Positions 39,401 through 50,439 of a stretch of 64,000 nt of DNA are shown here, one piece after another. Under the pieces are notes generated by a model, which did not search any database, was not told where the DNA came from, and saw only the letters and a list, made by a program, of their open reading frames with translations. The position numbers were made by a program, and so were the translations under genes. This stretch comes from Eledone cirrhosa (taxonomy: Eukaryota): contig OZ024754.1 in NCBI GenBank assembly GCA_964016885.1, forward strand, positions 26,660,001 to 26,724,000. Reading direction: 5' to 3'. Numbering within the stretch: the stretch's first letter is position 1; the number at the start of each line of letters is the position of its first letter.

Positions 39401-40146
39401 GTGGGGAAGACACACAATCATACACAACAAGAGGCGCTGTAGCTTCCTTTAATCAATTTTCGTGACATGCCAAAATATTCACAGAATCGTCAAGGGTGAT
39501 AGCGAGACTGAGACGCAGGAACAACAAAGTACCCTTGCAGGAATCACCTGATGTCTCGGTAAGGCAGAGCATTCAAGATAGGTGTCATAACGTCAATCTC
39601 AAGGAAAATCTGCGTGAGTGTGACAACACTTGTCCTTTGAATTACATGTAGTACAGTTCATACAGTATTATAGTGTTAAGTAACTCAGTGTTCCCCAGAC
39701 ACGAGTACCAATAACGTAATGCCCAGGGAAATTCAGTATAACACATTGAGTGAAAAGGCTAGTTCTATGAATAACAACTAATTGTTTCCAGCTGAGCGAA
39801 CTGGAGCAACGTGAAATAGTGTCTTGCTCATAGATACAACGCGTTACTATTACACAAAATACACAATGTAGAACACTACATAATCAAATTTATTTGTGGA
39901 CATAAACACTATTTATATATTGAATAATGAAAAACTATATTTTTACGGTATATCTATATATGATGTTTATAGAGTGACTAAAGATGCGTAAAAATGAATA
40001 AATACATTACAAAGAATGTAACAAATACAAAAATAAACCAACCAAACAAAGGATTTCACAATATATATATACCTTCGTGGGGTAATATTCTTAAACCCTG
40101 GGTACCAAGCTGAAAAACTACAATTTAACACGTGCTGCACTTTCAT
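23460..40146 (-). CDS. CDC123: Cell division cycle protein 123 homolog (D123, ATP-grasp eIF2 assembly factor), 12 exons, 1053 nt, 350 aa. Exons: 40073-40146, 38325-38393, 37030-37099, 35907-35939, 31742-31837, 31082-31188, 29479-29606, 28577-28699, 27028-27056, 24719-24859, 24280-24417, 23460-23504
   Basis: Manual splicing gives all GT-AG introns with consistent phases and one open frame: [16 protein letters not shown]...[16 protein letters not shown]...[13 protein letters not shown]...[18 protein letters not shown]...ICQRH...YVFDVY...[21 protein letters not shown]...[23 protein letters not shown]; these are the hallmark CDC123 motifs. Confidence 0.96.
24280..24417 (-). CDS. CDC123: CDC123 exon 11 ([10 protein letters not shown]...[23 protein letters not shown])
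   Basis: LPKDFVDLS motif; AACAG acceptor and GTAAGT donor. Confidence 0.94.
24719..24859 (-). CDS. CDC123: CDC123 exon 10 ([26 protein letters not shown]...DVQE)
   Basis: DFNPF motif; TTTCAG acceptor and GTAAGC donor. Confidence 0.93.
24904..25072. mobile_element. (TA)n-embedded repeat with an inverted 5' part; relatives at 3370-3455 and 43050-43128
   Basis: 20-bp arms 24904-24923 and 24971-24990 with 1 mismatch; shared attacc(c/a)actctactaccct. Confidence 0.6.
25657..25830. repeat. Minisatellite, unit about 22-23 bp, about 8 copies
   Basis: gccacgaaaaaatatatatat(a/t)-type units. Confidence 0.85.
25832..26135 (-). pseudogene. RTE-clade LINE 3' fragment in CDC123 intron 9
   Basis: [14 protein letters not shown]...[10 protein letters not shown]...[10 protein letters not shown]. 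Confidence 0.7.
27028..27056 (-). CDS. CDC123: CDC123 exon 9, 29 nt ([10 protein letters not shown])
   Basis: VFDVY motif; CACAG acceptor and GTAAGT donor; phase 1-0 fits neighbours. Confidence 0.9.
27167..27383. repeat. Imperfect foldback of about 215 bp (MITE-like) in CDC123 intron 8
   Basis: tataaagaattc-aagtttgaaagccatgacaatg... mirrored by ...cattgtcatggctttcaaactt-gaattctttata; inner ttttaccttaatttattcata / tatgaataaattaaggtaaaa. Confidence 0.8.
28577..28699 (-). CDS. CDC123: CDC123 exon 8 ([41 protein letters not shown])
   Basis: ICQRH..YY motif; TTTTCAG acceptor and GTAAGT donor. Confidence 0.93.
29479..29606 (-). CDS. CDC123: CDC123 exon 7 ([42 protein letters not shown])
   Basis: Conserved LVLRRW and EFRCFVK; CAG acceptor and GTAAGA donor. 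Confidence 0.95.
29677..29768. repeat. Inverted-repeat partner (intron 6) of 35670-35818 (intron 4)
   Basis: About 92 aligned bp with 7 mismatches; the intron 4 copy has an extra insertion of about 57 bp. Confidence 0.85.
31082..31188 (-). CDS. CDC123: CDC123 exon 6 ([36 protein letters not shown])
   Basis: Conserved [11 protein letters not shown]; TAG acceptor and GTAAGT donor. Confidence 0.95.
31742..31837 (-). CDS. CDC123: CDC123 exon 5 ([32 protein letters not shown])
   Basis: Conserved [11 protein letters not shown]; TAG acceptor and GTAAAC donor. Confidence 0.95.
31896..32811. repeat. 38-bp minisatellite, about 24 copies, in CDC123 intron 4
   Basis: gtgaggacagcagaaaagatgagatgtttagatgtcag repeated with few variants. 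Confidence 0.95.
32902..33389. mobile_element. Non-autonomous hAT element
   Basis: Ends cagag(gtg)gtggggaac / gctccccatctctg; 8-bp TSD tcctagat / tccaagat. Confidence 0.65.
33689..35085 (-). mobile_element. RTE-clade LINE 5' fragment (APE endonuclease and linker), frameshifted, in CDC123 intron 4
   Basis: [49 protein letters not shown] motifs. Confidence 0.85.
35907..35939 (-). CDS. CDC123: CDC123 exon 4, 33 nt ([11 protein letters not shown])
   Basis: TTCTTCCAG acceptor, CAG|GTAAGA donor, phase 0-0; W..DE motif of the linker. Confidence 0.75.
37030..37099 (-). CDS. CDC123: CDC123 exon 3 ([23 protein letters not shown])
   Basis: TTTTAG acceptor, GTAAGT donor; acidic linker typical of CDC123. 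Confidence 0.85.
37271..37720. mobile_element. hAT-Charlie-like MITE with a nested SINE fragment
   Basis: TIR cagaggttctca / tgagaacctctg; 8-bp TSD atctagag / atctaaag. Confidence 0.75.
37925..38147. mobile_element. piggyBac-like MITE
   Basis: TTAA on both sides; ends ccctttagttgcca / tggccataaaagag. Confidence 0.45.
38325..38393 (-). CDS. CDC123: CDC123 exon 2 ([24 protein letters not shown])
   Basis: TAG acceptor, GG|GTAAGT donor, phase 2-2. Confidence 0.9.
39143..39363. mobile_element. Tc1/mariner-type MITE in CDC123 intron 1
   Basis: Imperfect TIRs of about 58 bp, cagggtgaccacaaaaacactcctt... / ...aaggagtgtttttctggtcaccctg; TA TSD. Confidence 0.8.
40073..40146 (-). CDS. CDC123: CDC123 exon 1 ([24 protein letters not shown])
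   Basis: ATG at 40146-40144; donor AG|GTATA. Confidence 0.92.
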
Positions 40147-40556
40147 ATTGAATAAAAATGTAAATAATTTCTATTTCTGCTTAACATTAGAGAGTTTTAG
40201 ATAAGACGCTCAAGTTACCTCCCTTTAGTTACCACAGGAACAACAACAACGTTACTTATTTTAACAGTAAAATATCAGTTAATTTCGCGATACCTGTATA
40301 TCTACATTAACTTAACTATTTAAAATTTCGCTATTATTTTATATTTTATTTTTGGGGAATAATAGTGTAAATATCGAAATAAGCGATGTACATGGAATTT
40401 AATAATCGCCTTTTTTTAAAAATAGCTCACGCCGAAGCTATACGAAAAATACTCAAGAATTATGGACGTTATTTGTTTGTTTATAAAAGTAGAGTTAAAG
40501 TCGTATTGACCCAGAAAACTTCATGAACTTCCCTGGCTGGGTTGAGTGAGAGACCA

Positions 40557-40606
<50 letters not shown>

Positions 40607-42154
40607 TAAACGTCTGTAAGACCCCAAGCAATATATTACATGTTTACTCTATCAAAAATCGCTCCGAACTTCTGCTGGCCTGATCGAAGGCAGGCTATTT
40701 ATCTATGTCGCTTCCCTTGTCTCCAAGACTTGAGAGCAAAGGGCTGACCTTCGAGGTCGTCCAATCTCAGACCTGTTGACTCACGAAATAAAATAACCCA
40801 GAAAATGACTGTTAAAGTCACCAGGCGTCAAGGTGTGGACAGATTTCGCTACATTCGTTCTGTCCGCCGGGTCCGTGAGGCAACCAACGCGAATCTACAT
40901 TTACCAATAAAGATGAGAGATGGGGTGAGCAGGAGAGACGGAAGCAGTGACTCTGGGAGTTTGGTTCCGTTGTGTTCGGACCTGATGTATATGTGTATAT
41001 TTATTTACCACACCACATTACAATGATATCTAGGAGAGAATTTCAAACCAACGACACAGCTGTCAAAATTCAACACATTCACATGTATATCTCTATTACT
41101 TAATTACATAAATATATCACATGAAAATATAGAATCAAAACGAAAGAAAATATTAAGTCAACAGTATGTGTGTGAATCGGTCACATACCACTGATACTTT
41201 AATGTAAATAATTGTTTCTACTTTTGGTACAAGGCCAGCAATTACTCAGTACATTACTAGTACTTTATTTTTATCGACCCCGTCAGGATGAAAGGCAAAG
41301 TTAACCTCGGCGGGATTTGAACTCAGAATGGAAAGGGCCGTAACTCTATGCGCCAAAGCATGGCGTCCGTCCCTCTACCGATACTGCCAATCCACCGCGC
41401 TTAATGTAAATAATTGTTTCTACTTTTGGCACAAGGCCAGCAATTACCCAGTGCATTACTGGTACTTTATTTTATCGACCCCGTAAGGATGAAAGGCAAA
41501 GTTAACCTCAGCGGGATTTGAACTCAGACCGTAAAGGGACGTAACTATGCTGGAAAGCATGATGTCCGAGTCTCTACCGATACTGCCAATCCACCGCCCT
41601 CGTGTAAATAATGGTTTCTACTTTGAGCATAAAGCTAGTTATTTTGGAAGAGAGGAAAGTCGATTGAATCGATCACTGTACTTCTCAGGTACTTTATTGA
41701 CATCACAACCAGGCAAGGAGCAGGCTAGATACTACTAGCTAGATATAGACGAGATTTCCTCAACAAAATTACGTGGCTCTGGTAGTGTAGATTTAGATGG
41801 ATGATGGAAACTCCACTAGTCAGGTGTGGTGCCAGAAATGACTGCACAGTGGGGATACTAACAAGCCCCTGGCTGTCAGAATGTGCTATGAACTAGATCC
41901 CATTAGAAGGGAAGATTTGCCTCTTGAAGCTTAAGGCTGAAAGATAGGTTTCTGTGGGTAGTGCAAGTTTATGCTCGAAACTCCCGTGAAAAGCAGGTTT
42001 ACTAATTTTCTTAGTATGGTCAGGTCCAGAAGTGTCAAAAACTAGGTTTGTAAGCTTACTAAACAGTAATGGGACGCATATATGGGAGAAGAGGGTTAAC
42101 ATTGTATGTCTAAGGGGCTAAATATTCAAGGATCAACACTGGTAATGGACCAAT

Positions 42155-42791
42155 CACTGGTGATTGTGGTGGAGGTGGTGATTGTGGTGATGGTGGCGGT
42201 GTTGGTGGTGGTGGTGGTGGTGATGGTGGTGGTCGTGATGGAGGTGTTGACGATGGTGGTGATGGTGGTGATGGTGATGGAGGTGGTGACGATGGTGGTG
42301 GTGATGGAGGTGGTGACGATGATGGTGGTGGTGGTGGTGGTGATGGTGGTGGTGATGGAGGTGGTGACGATGGTGGTGGTGATGGTGGTGGTGGCTGGCG
42401 ATGGTGGTGGTAATAATGATGATGATGGTGATAAGGGTGGAGAGGTGGTTGTTATGATGGTGGTGATGTTGGTGATGGTGGTGATGGTGGTGGTGGTGAT
42501 GACGATGATGATGGTTGTGGTATAGTGGTTATAATGATGATGATGAAGAGGATGATGACGGTGTAGTAACCTCCATGCTGACAGTTTCGATGACCATGAC
42601 GACAATGATGGTTATGATGATGATGATTATGAGGAGGAGGAAGAGGAGGGGCAGAAGATGAAGTTGACACAATTTATCAGAACAAGTCAGGACTTATTCG
42701 ATGACAAAGATCAATATTAACAAAAATTACTAAATTAATTAATGAAAAAACAGCACAAAAAACCCTAAACAACAACAACAACAACAACACT

Positions 42792-42825
<34 letters not shown>

Positions 42826-42988
42826 CAAACAGCAACAACACTAACAACAACAGCAACAACACTAACAACACTAACAACAACAACAACAACACTAACAACA
42901 ACAACAACAACAACAACAACACTAACACTAACAACAACACTAACAACAACAACAACAACAACAACACTAACAACAACAACAACAACAC
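42155..42988. repeat. (GGT/GAT)n and (AAC)n trinucleotide tracts
   Basis: Direct reading of the sequence. Confidence 0.9.
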
Positions 42989-43748
42989 ATTATATACATG
43001 TGTGTGTGTGAATATAACTATATATATATAACTATATATATATATATATAACGAAGGAAATGTGGTAAGGAACCAGGTGGACCATAACGCACCAAAGTAC
43101 TCAATACTTAGGGTAGTAGAGTGGGTAATATATATATATAGTTTTAATATAGAAGAACTTCTACAGGACTAGAACTTTCATTCGTGAGAAATCATCAGGG
43201 ACAACAACAACAACAACATAGATTGGAGATGTTGAGAGTAAATTGTAACGGTAAATATATTATTGTGATAAAGATATGAAGGAGACTGGTTTCGTGGCTC
43301 TAAGGTGCTCAGCTCATGATCGAAACGACGGTGGTGTGTCCTTGAGCAAGACACTTTATTTCACGTCATTTCAGATAACTAGCTGGCAATAATGAGTTGT
43401 ACCTACCTTTAAATCAAAAGGGGTCATCATGGAAGAAGATAAAAAAAAACACACAAGGCCACCACCATCACCACCACCACCACCATCACTTTCACTTCCA
43501 CCACCACAACTACCAGCACCAGCACCAGCACCACCACTAACAACACACCCACCAACATTACCCCCACCCCCACCACTGTATTACTGACAAATATATTAAA
43601 ACAAGACCAGACACATCCCTTGTTACAGCCGTTCATTTTCTGCTTGTATTTACATAACGGCTTCTCTCTCTCTCTCACACACATACATATAGACACACGC
43701 GCACACACACACAAACATATACGCATACACACACAGGTACACTGACGA

Positions 43749-43797
<49 letters not shown>

Positions 43798-44336
43798 TGC
43801 GCACAGATATACGCACATACAAAATACACTCACATACGTGCATACACACACGCACATACATTTATGCATACACATGCACTAACGCATGTATATTCAAACG
43901 CACACAAGTATACACACACATCATATATACATACAAACACACACATACATTTGGGCGTGCACACACGCACATACAGCTATCCATACACATACAGCTATCC
44001 ATACACACGCATACTCATAGATACACATGCACATATGTGGTCCCAATTAATAAGGACCTTGTGTAGAAAATCGGTAATTTTTCTAGCTTATCTCAATTGA
44101 TTTTAAAAAACAACAGAATTAGTCATTTAGTTTACATATTGAGACCCTAACTCATCCTATATATTTTAGAACATATGGGATTTCTTGTAATGTACCTTTT
44201 TTTACATGAATAATGAGTTTTTTAATGTCTAAAGAAAATTAAGAGTCATGGCCATAGATGATGGCAATGCCTTGTCTATTCAGTCTGCCGGGGCCGTGGG
44301 CGGCCAACACATGGGCCCCCATTAGCTCATAATATT

Positions 44337-44493
44337 GAGAGATGGGGATAACGGGAGAGACGGAGGCAGTGACAGTGTGAGTTTGGTTCCTCTGTGTTCA
44401 GACCTGGTGTATATGAGAGATGGGGATAACGGAAGAGACGGAGGCAGTGACAGTGTGAGTTTGGTTCCTCTGTGTTCAGACCTGGTGTATATA
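44337..44493. repeat. Tandem duplication of a unit of about 79 bp; diverged single copy at 40914-40992
   Basis: gagatggggataacgg-agagacggaggcagtgacagtgtgagtttggttcctctgtgttcagacctggtgtatat x2. Confidence 0.8.
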
Positions 44494-44579
44494 TGTTTCA
44501 CAGACACACGCTCCTATCTACAACCTTCCCATTAAGTTTCTTTCCAATCTTTCGTAATTTCACCGCTGACCTGGTTGGT

Positions 44580-44900
44580 TCACTTTGTTTAGTCTCTTCT
44601 TTGTCCATCTGTAAAAAATGTTCTTAAAATTTTAAAAGCAGATGTTTGTGCAATAGATGGCGAACAGAACCAGACTGTTTCTTTCCTTTGCACTCTTGCC
44701 ATCGAGCAGATGATCGGTCAATATATCCATAGTATTGATACACAACATGTCTAAAGTGGACCACTGGTGTTCTATACCAAAGTTTGGGTGGTGCACTGAA
44801 CTTTTTATGCCCTAAACTGTTGCATAATGCAATTAAAAGTACCCTCGGGTCTCGAATAATCATCCCCTCAGTTAATTTTTCTGACTTTTTTTCACCACCA
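44580..44900 (-). pseudogene. Possible heavily decayed Tc1-like transposase fragment
   Basis: Pieces IIRDPRV, ARVQRK and LLKF*EH resemble the Tc1 HTH-linker region; weak. Confidence 0.3.
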
Positions 44901-45373
44901 CACTCTTCCCTCCACCCTGCTTATCAAATGTTGCTAATATTGGCAGAGTGTTGGAAATGTGTTCCTTGTTTCCACGTTCTGAGTTCAAATCCCGCCATTG
45001 TCCACTTTTTCATTTCATCCTTTCAAAGTCGGAAAATAAAGTACTAGCCCAGTGTGTGGCGTGTCCAACACTCTCTCTTTCCAGTTCTCACATCATGGAG
45101 ATAGGACCGAAACGGTGTCTGTGTCAGCTCACGACTGCATGGGTGTACCTAAAACTCTTAGCGAAATCATGGTATATAGTACCAAGTTATACTCGATTGC
45201 GAGTGACGGTTGTAGTTATTTTTTTTATTACATTTTCCCACGCTTATTGAAGGATTTGAACCGGGACTGCATGTTTACAAGAGACTCATTAATCAGATAG
45301 AGTTTTCTTTGAGAGGTGCTGATATATATATATATATATATATAATGAAAATTATTGTGGACAGTGCTCAGTC

Positions 45374-45450
<77 letters not shown>

Positions 45451-45452
<2 letters not shown>

Positions 45453-45735
45453 AAGGCGGGTAAAATTCCCGAGATCCATGGACGAGTTCTCTCCAGCGGT
45501 CTCTGTCCCTCATTATCGCTGCCATGTCCTGCGTCTCCAATAGACCAGTGTCTGTCCTTAGGGCATCAACATACGTTAACCTTGGTCTTCCTCTTCTAGT
45601 GTGTCCATGTAGGGGCTCCCACAGGAGCACTGAGTGCAATGTCAACTCTGGATGTCGGTGAGCATGTCCAGATAACCTCAGTCTCCTCTGTGTCACTTTT
45701 GAGCTGACTTTTGGGATGCTCCCATACAGCTCTGA
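45451..45735 (-). pseudogene. RTE-like LINE 3' end fragment between (TA)n tracts
   Basis: [27 protein letters not shown]...LLWEP.HG..RGRP.LTYVD.L..DTGL...MRDRDRWR. Confidence 0.75.
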
Positions 45736-45741
45736 AAAGAA

Positions 45742-45814
<73 letters not shown>

Positions 45815-46436
45815 AACATACATTATATACATACATACATATATACATACAAACATACATTATTAGTACAGATTAAGGGCGGTGGATAGGCAGTATCGGT
45901 AGAGAGTCGGACGCCATGCTTTCCAGCGTAGTTACGTCCCTTTACGGTCAGAGTTCAAATCCCGCCGAGGTTAACTTTGCCTTTCATCCTTACGGGGTCG
46001 ATAAAATAAAGTACCAGTAATGCACTGGGTAATTGCTGGCCTTGTGCCAAAAGTAGAAACAATTATTATTACAGATTAAAAGTTTAAGCAAAGAACTAAT
46101 AATAGATATTTGCTCTACAAGTTTATATAAATCTATATATAACATTTATTGAGTCCTCTTTGGGTTTTTGGTCTTTGTATTTATTTTTACTATATATTGT
46201 GTGTGTGTGTGTGTATGTGTGTCAACATAGATATTCATCGTTACGTGAAGTTTTGCATGCATCTGTATGTATATATGTAAGTAGGTAGACAAGTTTTAAA
46301 TTGTATGGCTGTATTAGAGACTGTGTATGCCTGCTCATACAATACTTAATCTTAATAATATAATCGATACACATACATATACATATATATACATATATAA
46401 ATATATAAACATATACACACTCACACGCGCGCGCAT

Positions 46437-46476
<40 letters not shown>

Positions 46477-46623
46477 GGTTGTTGGTGGTGGTGGGATGGG
46501 TGTTCATTTGCGGCGTAAATACACTTTCGGTAATGGTAAAATAAACACCACGAGAATAATTTGATAGATTAAAAGACAACATCAATACGTCGAGCTGAAC
46601 TGATTACGCAGTTTCTAATTTTG

Positions 46624-46840
46624 TATTTGTCCTCCAGAAAGAAAGATCAGTTGATTCTGTGTATTTGACCTCCAGAAAGAAAGATCAGTTGATTCTATGT
46701 ATTTGAGCTCCAGAAAAAAAGATCAGTTGATTCTGTGTATTTGAGCTCCAGAAAAAAAGATCAGTTGATTCTGTGTATTTGAGCTCCAGAAAGAAAGATC
46801 AGTTGATTCTGTGTATTTGAGCTCCAGAAAGAAAGATCAG
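46624..46840. repeat. 38-bp minisatellite, about 6 copies
   Basis: gtatttgagctccagaaagaaagatcagttgattctgt repeated. Confidence 0.9.
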
Positions 46841-46943
46841 ATGGACTCCATCGGGTTTAAAATACCAAAGATACTCAATTTGTTCGGACGGTGACCCCTC
46901 GATTCCATAAAATGTTGTGGGCTCAAAGAAGGAGGGTACATTT

Positions 46944-47055
<112 letters not shown>

Positions 47056-47629
47056 CGTGCGTGTGTGTGCTTGTGTGTGTGTGTGTGCGCGCCGTATATA
47101 ATTTAAGATTGACTTTTCTTTAAAACATGTATTGAAAACACGACTGTGCACGAGTTTGATCATCTTTATAAAGGACGTTTCCTATTTCCTTTTGCTACTT
47201 TATTCTCAGTTTGGAAAAGTACCGTTCCTAAATGAAGCTTTCACGGCTGTAATTTCAGAATCGGAATGGACGACTAGTTGTGTATTAATTAAAAAAAGCT
47301 TTCGTTATTCGATGTTGCCAAATTAATGTTTCGTCTAGGATTTCACGGAATGTTTATAATGATTATATACAATACACGATAGCATTGGTGGACGCGTGAA
47401 CCAGTACTCAATATTATATAAGAAATTATTAGTTAATTTAGTCTGATGCAGTAGCCTGTTTCCCTTGTGTACTACAGGTTCCTCAGGATCTGTCTCCCAG
47501 GCGCCAGCGTTTGGTAAAACCTAAACCATTGTTACCGACGATGATGTCGGCTTTATCTTGAATGCAAAAATAAAAACAAAATGATGCTTTATTACGATTC
47601 TTTTGAGTCAAGATGCATGTAGATAAAAC

Positions 47630-47905
47630 GTTTCTACATCCGCATGGGTAGCTTTCGAAGGAACTGAAGGGGCGGACCTATTCGGCTTGTTCCTATTGCA
47701 CAACCCGAAGAGTAAAGTTGGAAATATAGATATAGGACTGTATAAGGATGACAGTCTAGGAGTATCTCAAAACGTTAATAAATACGCCATGAACTAGTTA
47801 AAGAGGCTGACTGGCACAATTAGACAAATCAGTTTCCATATCATGGTTATGATCAATCTAAAAATAGTGAACTTTTTGGACATAAACTTGAATTTGAAAA
47901 CACGT
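47630..47905 (+). pseudogene. Decayed Penelope-like RT fragment from a different PLE lineage than 17875-19994
   Basis: With one frameshift translates FYIRMGSF/EGTEGADLFGLFLL...IGLYKDDSLG...NLKIVNFLDINLNL, matching the PLE pattern MGSFDGAE..GLYRDDGL..VNFLD. Confidence 0.65.
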
Positions 47906-48216
47906 ACCATGATGTGAATGGGGATTACCTAATATAATTAGACAGGTTGAGATATTCTACAGCGTGGATAATATATTCCAGAGAGCCGTTCTACACTAAC
48001 AATTTTCTCAAGTTGTCGCACTCGAATCCCCCCGTTTGCAAAGAGAACAACTTAACCACACAGCCGTGTCTCCACACCAGTCAATATGTTAACACTAACT
48101 TAAATATTAGCATCTATTGTCTGTTATAGGAATGTAGGTCTTCATGGTTTCGTCACAATCTATTCTAATATACACACACATAATATCCACATGCACACTA
48201 CACATACCCCCACCAC

Positions 48217-48308
<92 letters not shown>

Positions 48309-48517
48309 GTCTAACGTGTGGAATATCGCCGGTAAGTTTTTTGTTAATTTCTATGCAAAAAACCAATCTAATTGTTTGAAAAAAATACAACACTTTGTAG
48401 ATTAACCCCCAAGCTGAATTGTCAGCTGGGTGGTAATCCCATTTTTCGCCCCTGTAGGGGCGAAAATTTTATTTAAAAGTTTGTCTTAAAATATCAAATT
48501 TTACAAAGAAAAAAAAC

Positions 48518-50398
48518 TTGAGCAACACTAGAACGCTGGAGAACGTTAATAGTGAAAAGAGAGAGAAAGAGGCAGATATTAACGTTATATCTGCTTCTGC
48601 TGCTATGGACGTTGCCATAGATACTGTCACAAAAGAAAAAAATATATCAACATTTGAAAATGTTACAATTTCTACCGCCGAAGCGGAGAAAAATGACAAT
48701 AACACACGGGAAAACACGGCAAAAAAACCCATTGACATACATACACATGGAAAAGACATCAACAACTCTACAGATACATCTACACATAAAATTTCCAACA
48801 ACGATAACATCATTATCAACAACAACATCACAAAAAAAAAGAAAATGTCTTTTGCTGACACAGTCAACAAGAAACAAGATTTTATAAATCTTGATATCTC
48901 CAACGCAAGAGATATGCTCCAGCAAGGGAGAAAATTTGTAACTTTCGAAGAAAGAGGTGGGTTTAGAATTAACTCACCCCTTGAAATAAAGGAAGACACA
49001 AACCGCCGATCAGTCACTTTTAGGACGGTGTCAAATTCGTCAAGAAAACCGACATTTGTTAATCAGTCAGATATAGAAGATTCTTTCAAGGAGATTCTAG
49101 CAAATGTCGATTTTCTCCAGCGAGGAAAACAGTACGGAAGTGTTTCCGTACTGTTTAAAAGCGAGACACTGGCCCAAAAAAACTCTGTGACACCAATAGT
49201 GTCAAAAGCATACACCTTTTTCCCTACATACATGGGGAAAAGGACACAAAAAATAAAAATAAAAAACATACCTCCAAGCATTAACATCTGGTGGATCTTG
49301 GCTGGCTTCGTAGAGCCAGAAACAGACATAATACTTTCGATACGAAAATCCATTCGACAAAGGTGGGCGGGCACCGATTTGGAGATTCTGTTGCAAATGA
49401 AACCGGAGAGAATCTCCAAAATACCCGAAAGAGTCGTTATTGATAATAACAACAAAATAAACATTTCGGTAGAAGGAAGAAAATTTCACTGCTTTCGCTG
49501 TGGTAGCACATCTCACCTAAAAGCCTCTTGTCCACAAACACACAACAGCAACATCATAAAAAAAACGCTATTACCAACACCAACACCAAAACAACCACCA
49601 CCACCACCACCACAAGTACAACGACAGACGAAACGAGCAACCACACCAAAACAAACAGACACTCAACCAACAACAACAGAAAAAACAGAGACAACACCCC
49701 TGAAGAACACATCCCCACTCCATCCCACTCCATCAAACACTACCACAAACACACATACCGAAACACCACCACCACCACACAACATACCCTTACCCCACAC
49801 ACCTGACGATGATTATTCATCGACGGATGAAGCTGCTTCTCCTTCTTTAAGTGAAGAAGAGGGAGAACCGCGGAAATCCAAAAAACAAAAAAAGAGACAC
49901 CACAAAACCCCCAAAACTCCAATCACCAACACCAACACACAACCACAGACACAAACAACAACACAAACAACACCACAGTCAAACACTCCCCTATCAGCAA
50001 AACCAGCACCAACACCACCCCAAACACAAGCACCCACCATAAAAAAAAAACTCCCAGATGAACAACAAACTAAAACAATACAACAAAAACACAAACAACA
50101 ATACGCATACATCAACACAAACAACAAGAGTTTGATGGAGGTCATCTCCCAAAACCCCAAGGTGGAGACGGAGGGCAAAACTTTCGTCAAGGCAGAATCG
50201 TCTCCACACCTTAAACTTATAAGGGTTTCTATGGAAACCTATAAAGACCTGAAAATTAAATTTTCACAGGACGTGGGCAACCCCTGCCACAAACCCATCA
50301 ACCGCGTCCTGTTGAAATGTTTCCCCACCCCACCCAACACCCCATCCAGCACCCAAATGGAGATTGAACAACCCGATCTCCAGGAAACGAAAAGGTAA
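48518..50398 (+). CDS. Tx1-like LINE ORF1 (nucleic-acid chaperone with CCHC knuckle and Pro/Thr-rich tail); first in-frame ATG at about 48605
   Basis: CFRCGSTSHLKASC zinc knuckle; lies directly upstream of ORF2. Confidence 0.82.
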   Translation: MSNTRTLENVNSEKREKEADINVISASAAMDVAIDTVTKEKNISTFENVTISTAEAEKNDNNTRENTAKKPIDIHTHGKDINNSTDTSTHKISNNDNIIINNNITKKKKMSFADTVNKKQDFINLDISNARDMLQQGRKFVTFEERGGFRINSPLEIKEDTNRRSVTFRTVSNSSRKPTFVNQSDIEDSFKEILANVDFLQRGKQYGSVSVLFKSETLAQKNSVTPIVSKAYTFFPTYMGKRTQKIKIKNIPPSINIWWILAGFVEPETDIILSIRKSIRQRWAGTDLEILLQMKPERISKIPERVVIDNNNKINISVEGRKFHCFRCGSTSHLKASCPQTHNSNIIKKTLLPTPTPKQPPPPPPQVQRQTKRATTPKQTDTQPTTTEKTETTPLKNTSPLHPTPSNTTTNTHTETPPPPHNIPLPHTPDDDYSSTDEAASPSLSEEEGEPRKSKKQKKRHHKTPKTPITNTNTQPQTQTTTQTTPQSNTPLSAKPAPTPPQTQAPTIKKKLPDEQQTKTIQQKHKQQYAYINTNNKSLMEVISQNPKVETEGKTFVKAESSPHLKLIRVSMETYKDLKIKFSQDVGNPCHKPINRVLLKCFPTPPNTPSSTQMEIEQPDLQETKR

Positions 50399-50439
50399 GT
50401 GCACCTTTCGTCCTTTTTCTCCAACTTCTCTTCACCAAC

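Noticed and set aside
42106-42988. Mucin-like or poly-Val/Leu ORFs
   Set aside because: Trinucleotide repeats open in several frames, with no splice or domain support
45878-45970. tRNA genes at A-box/B-box motifs
   Set aside because: These are SINE heads fused to a common core and tail, with no complete cloverleaf
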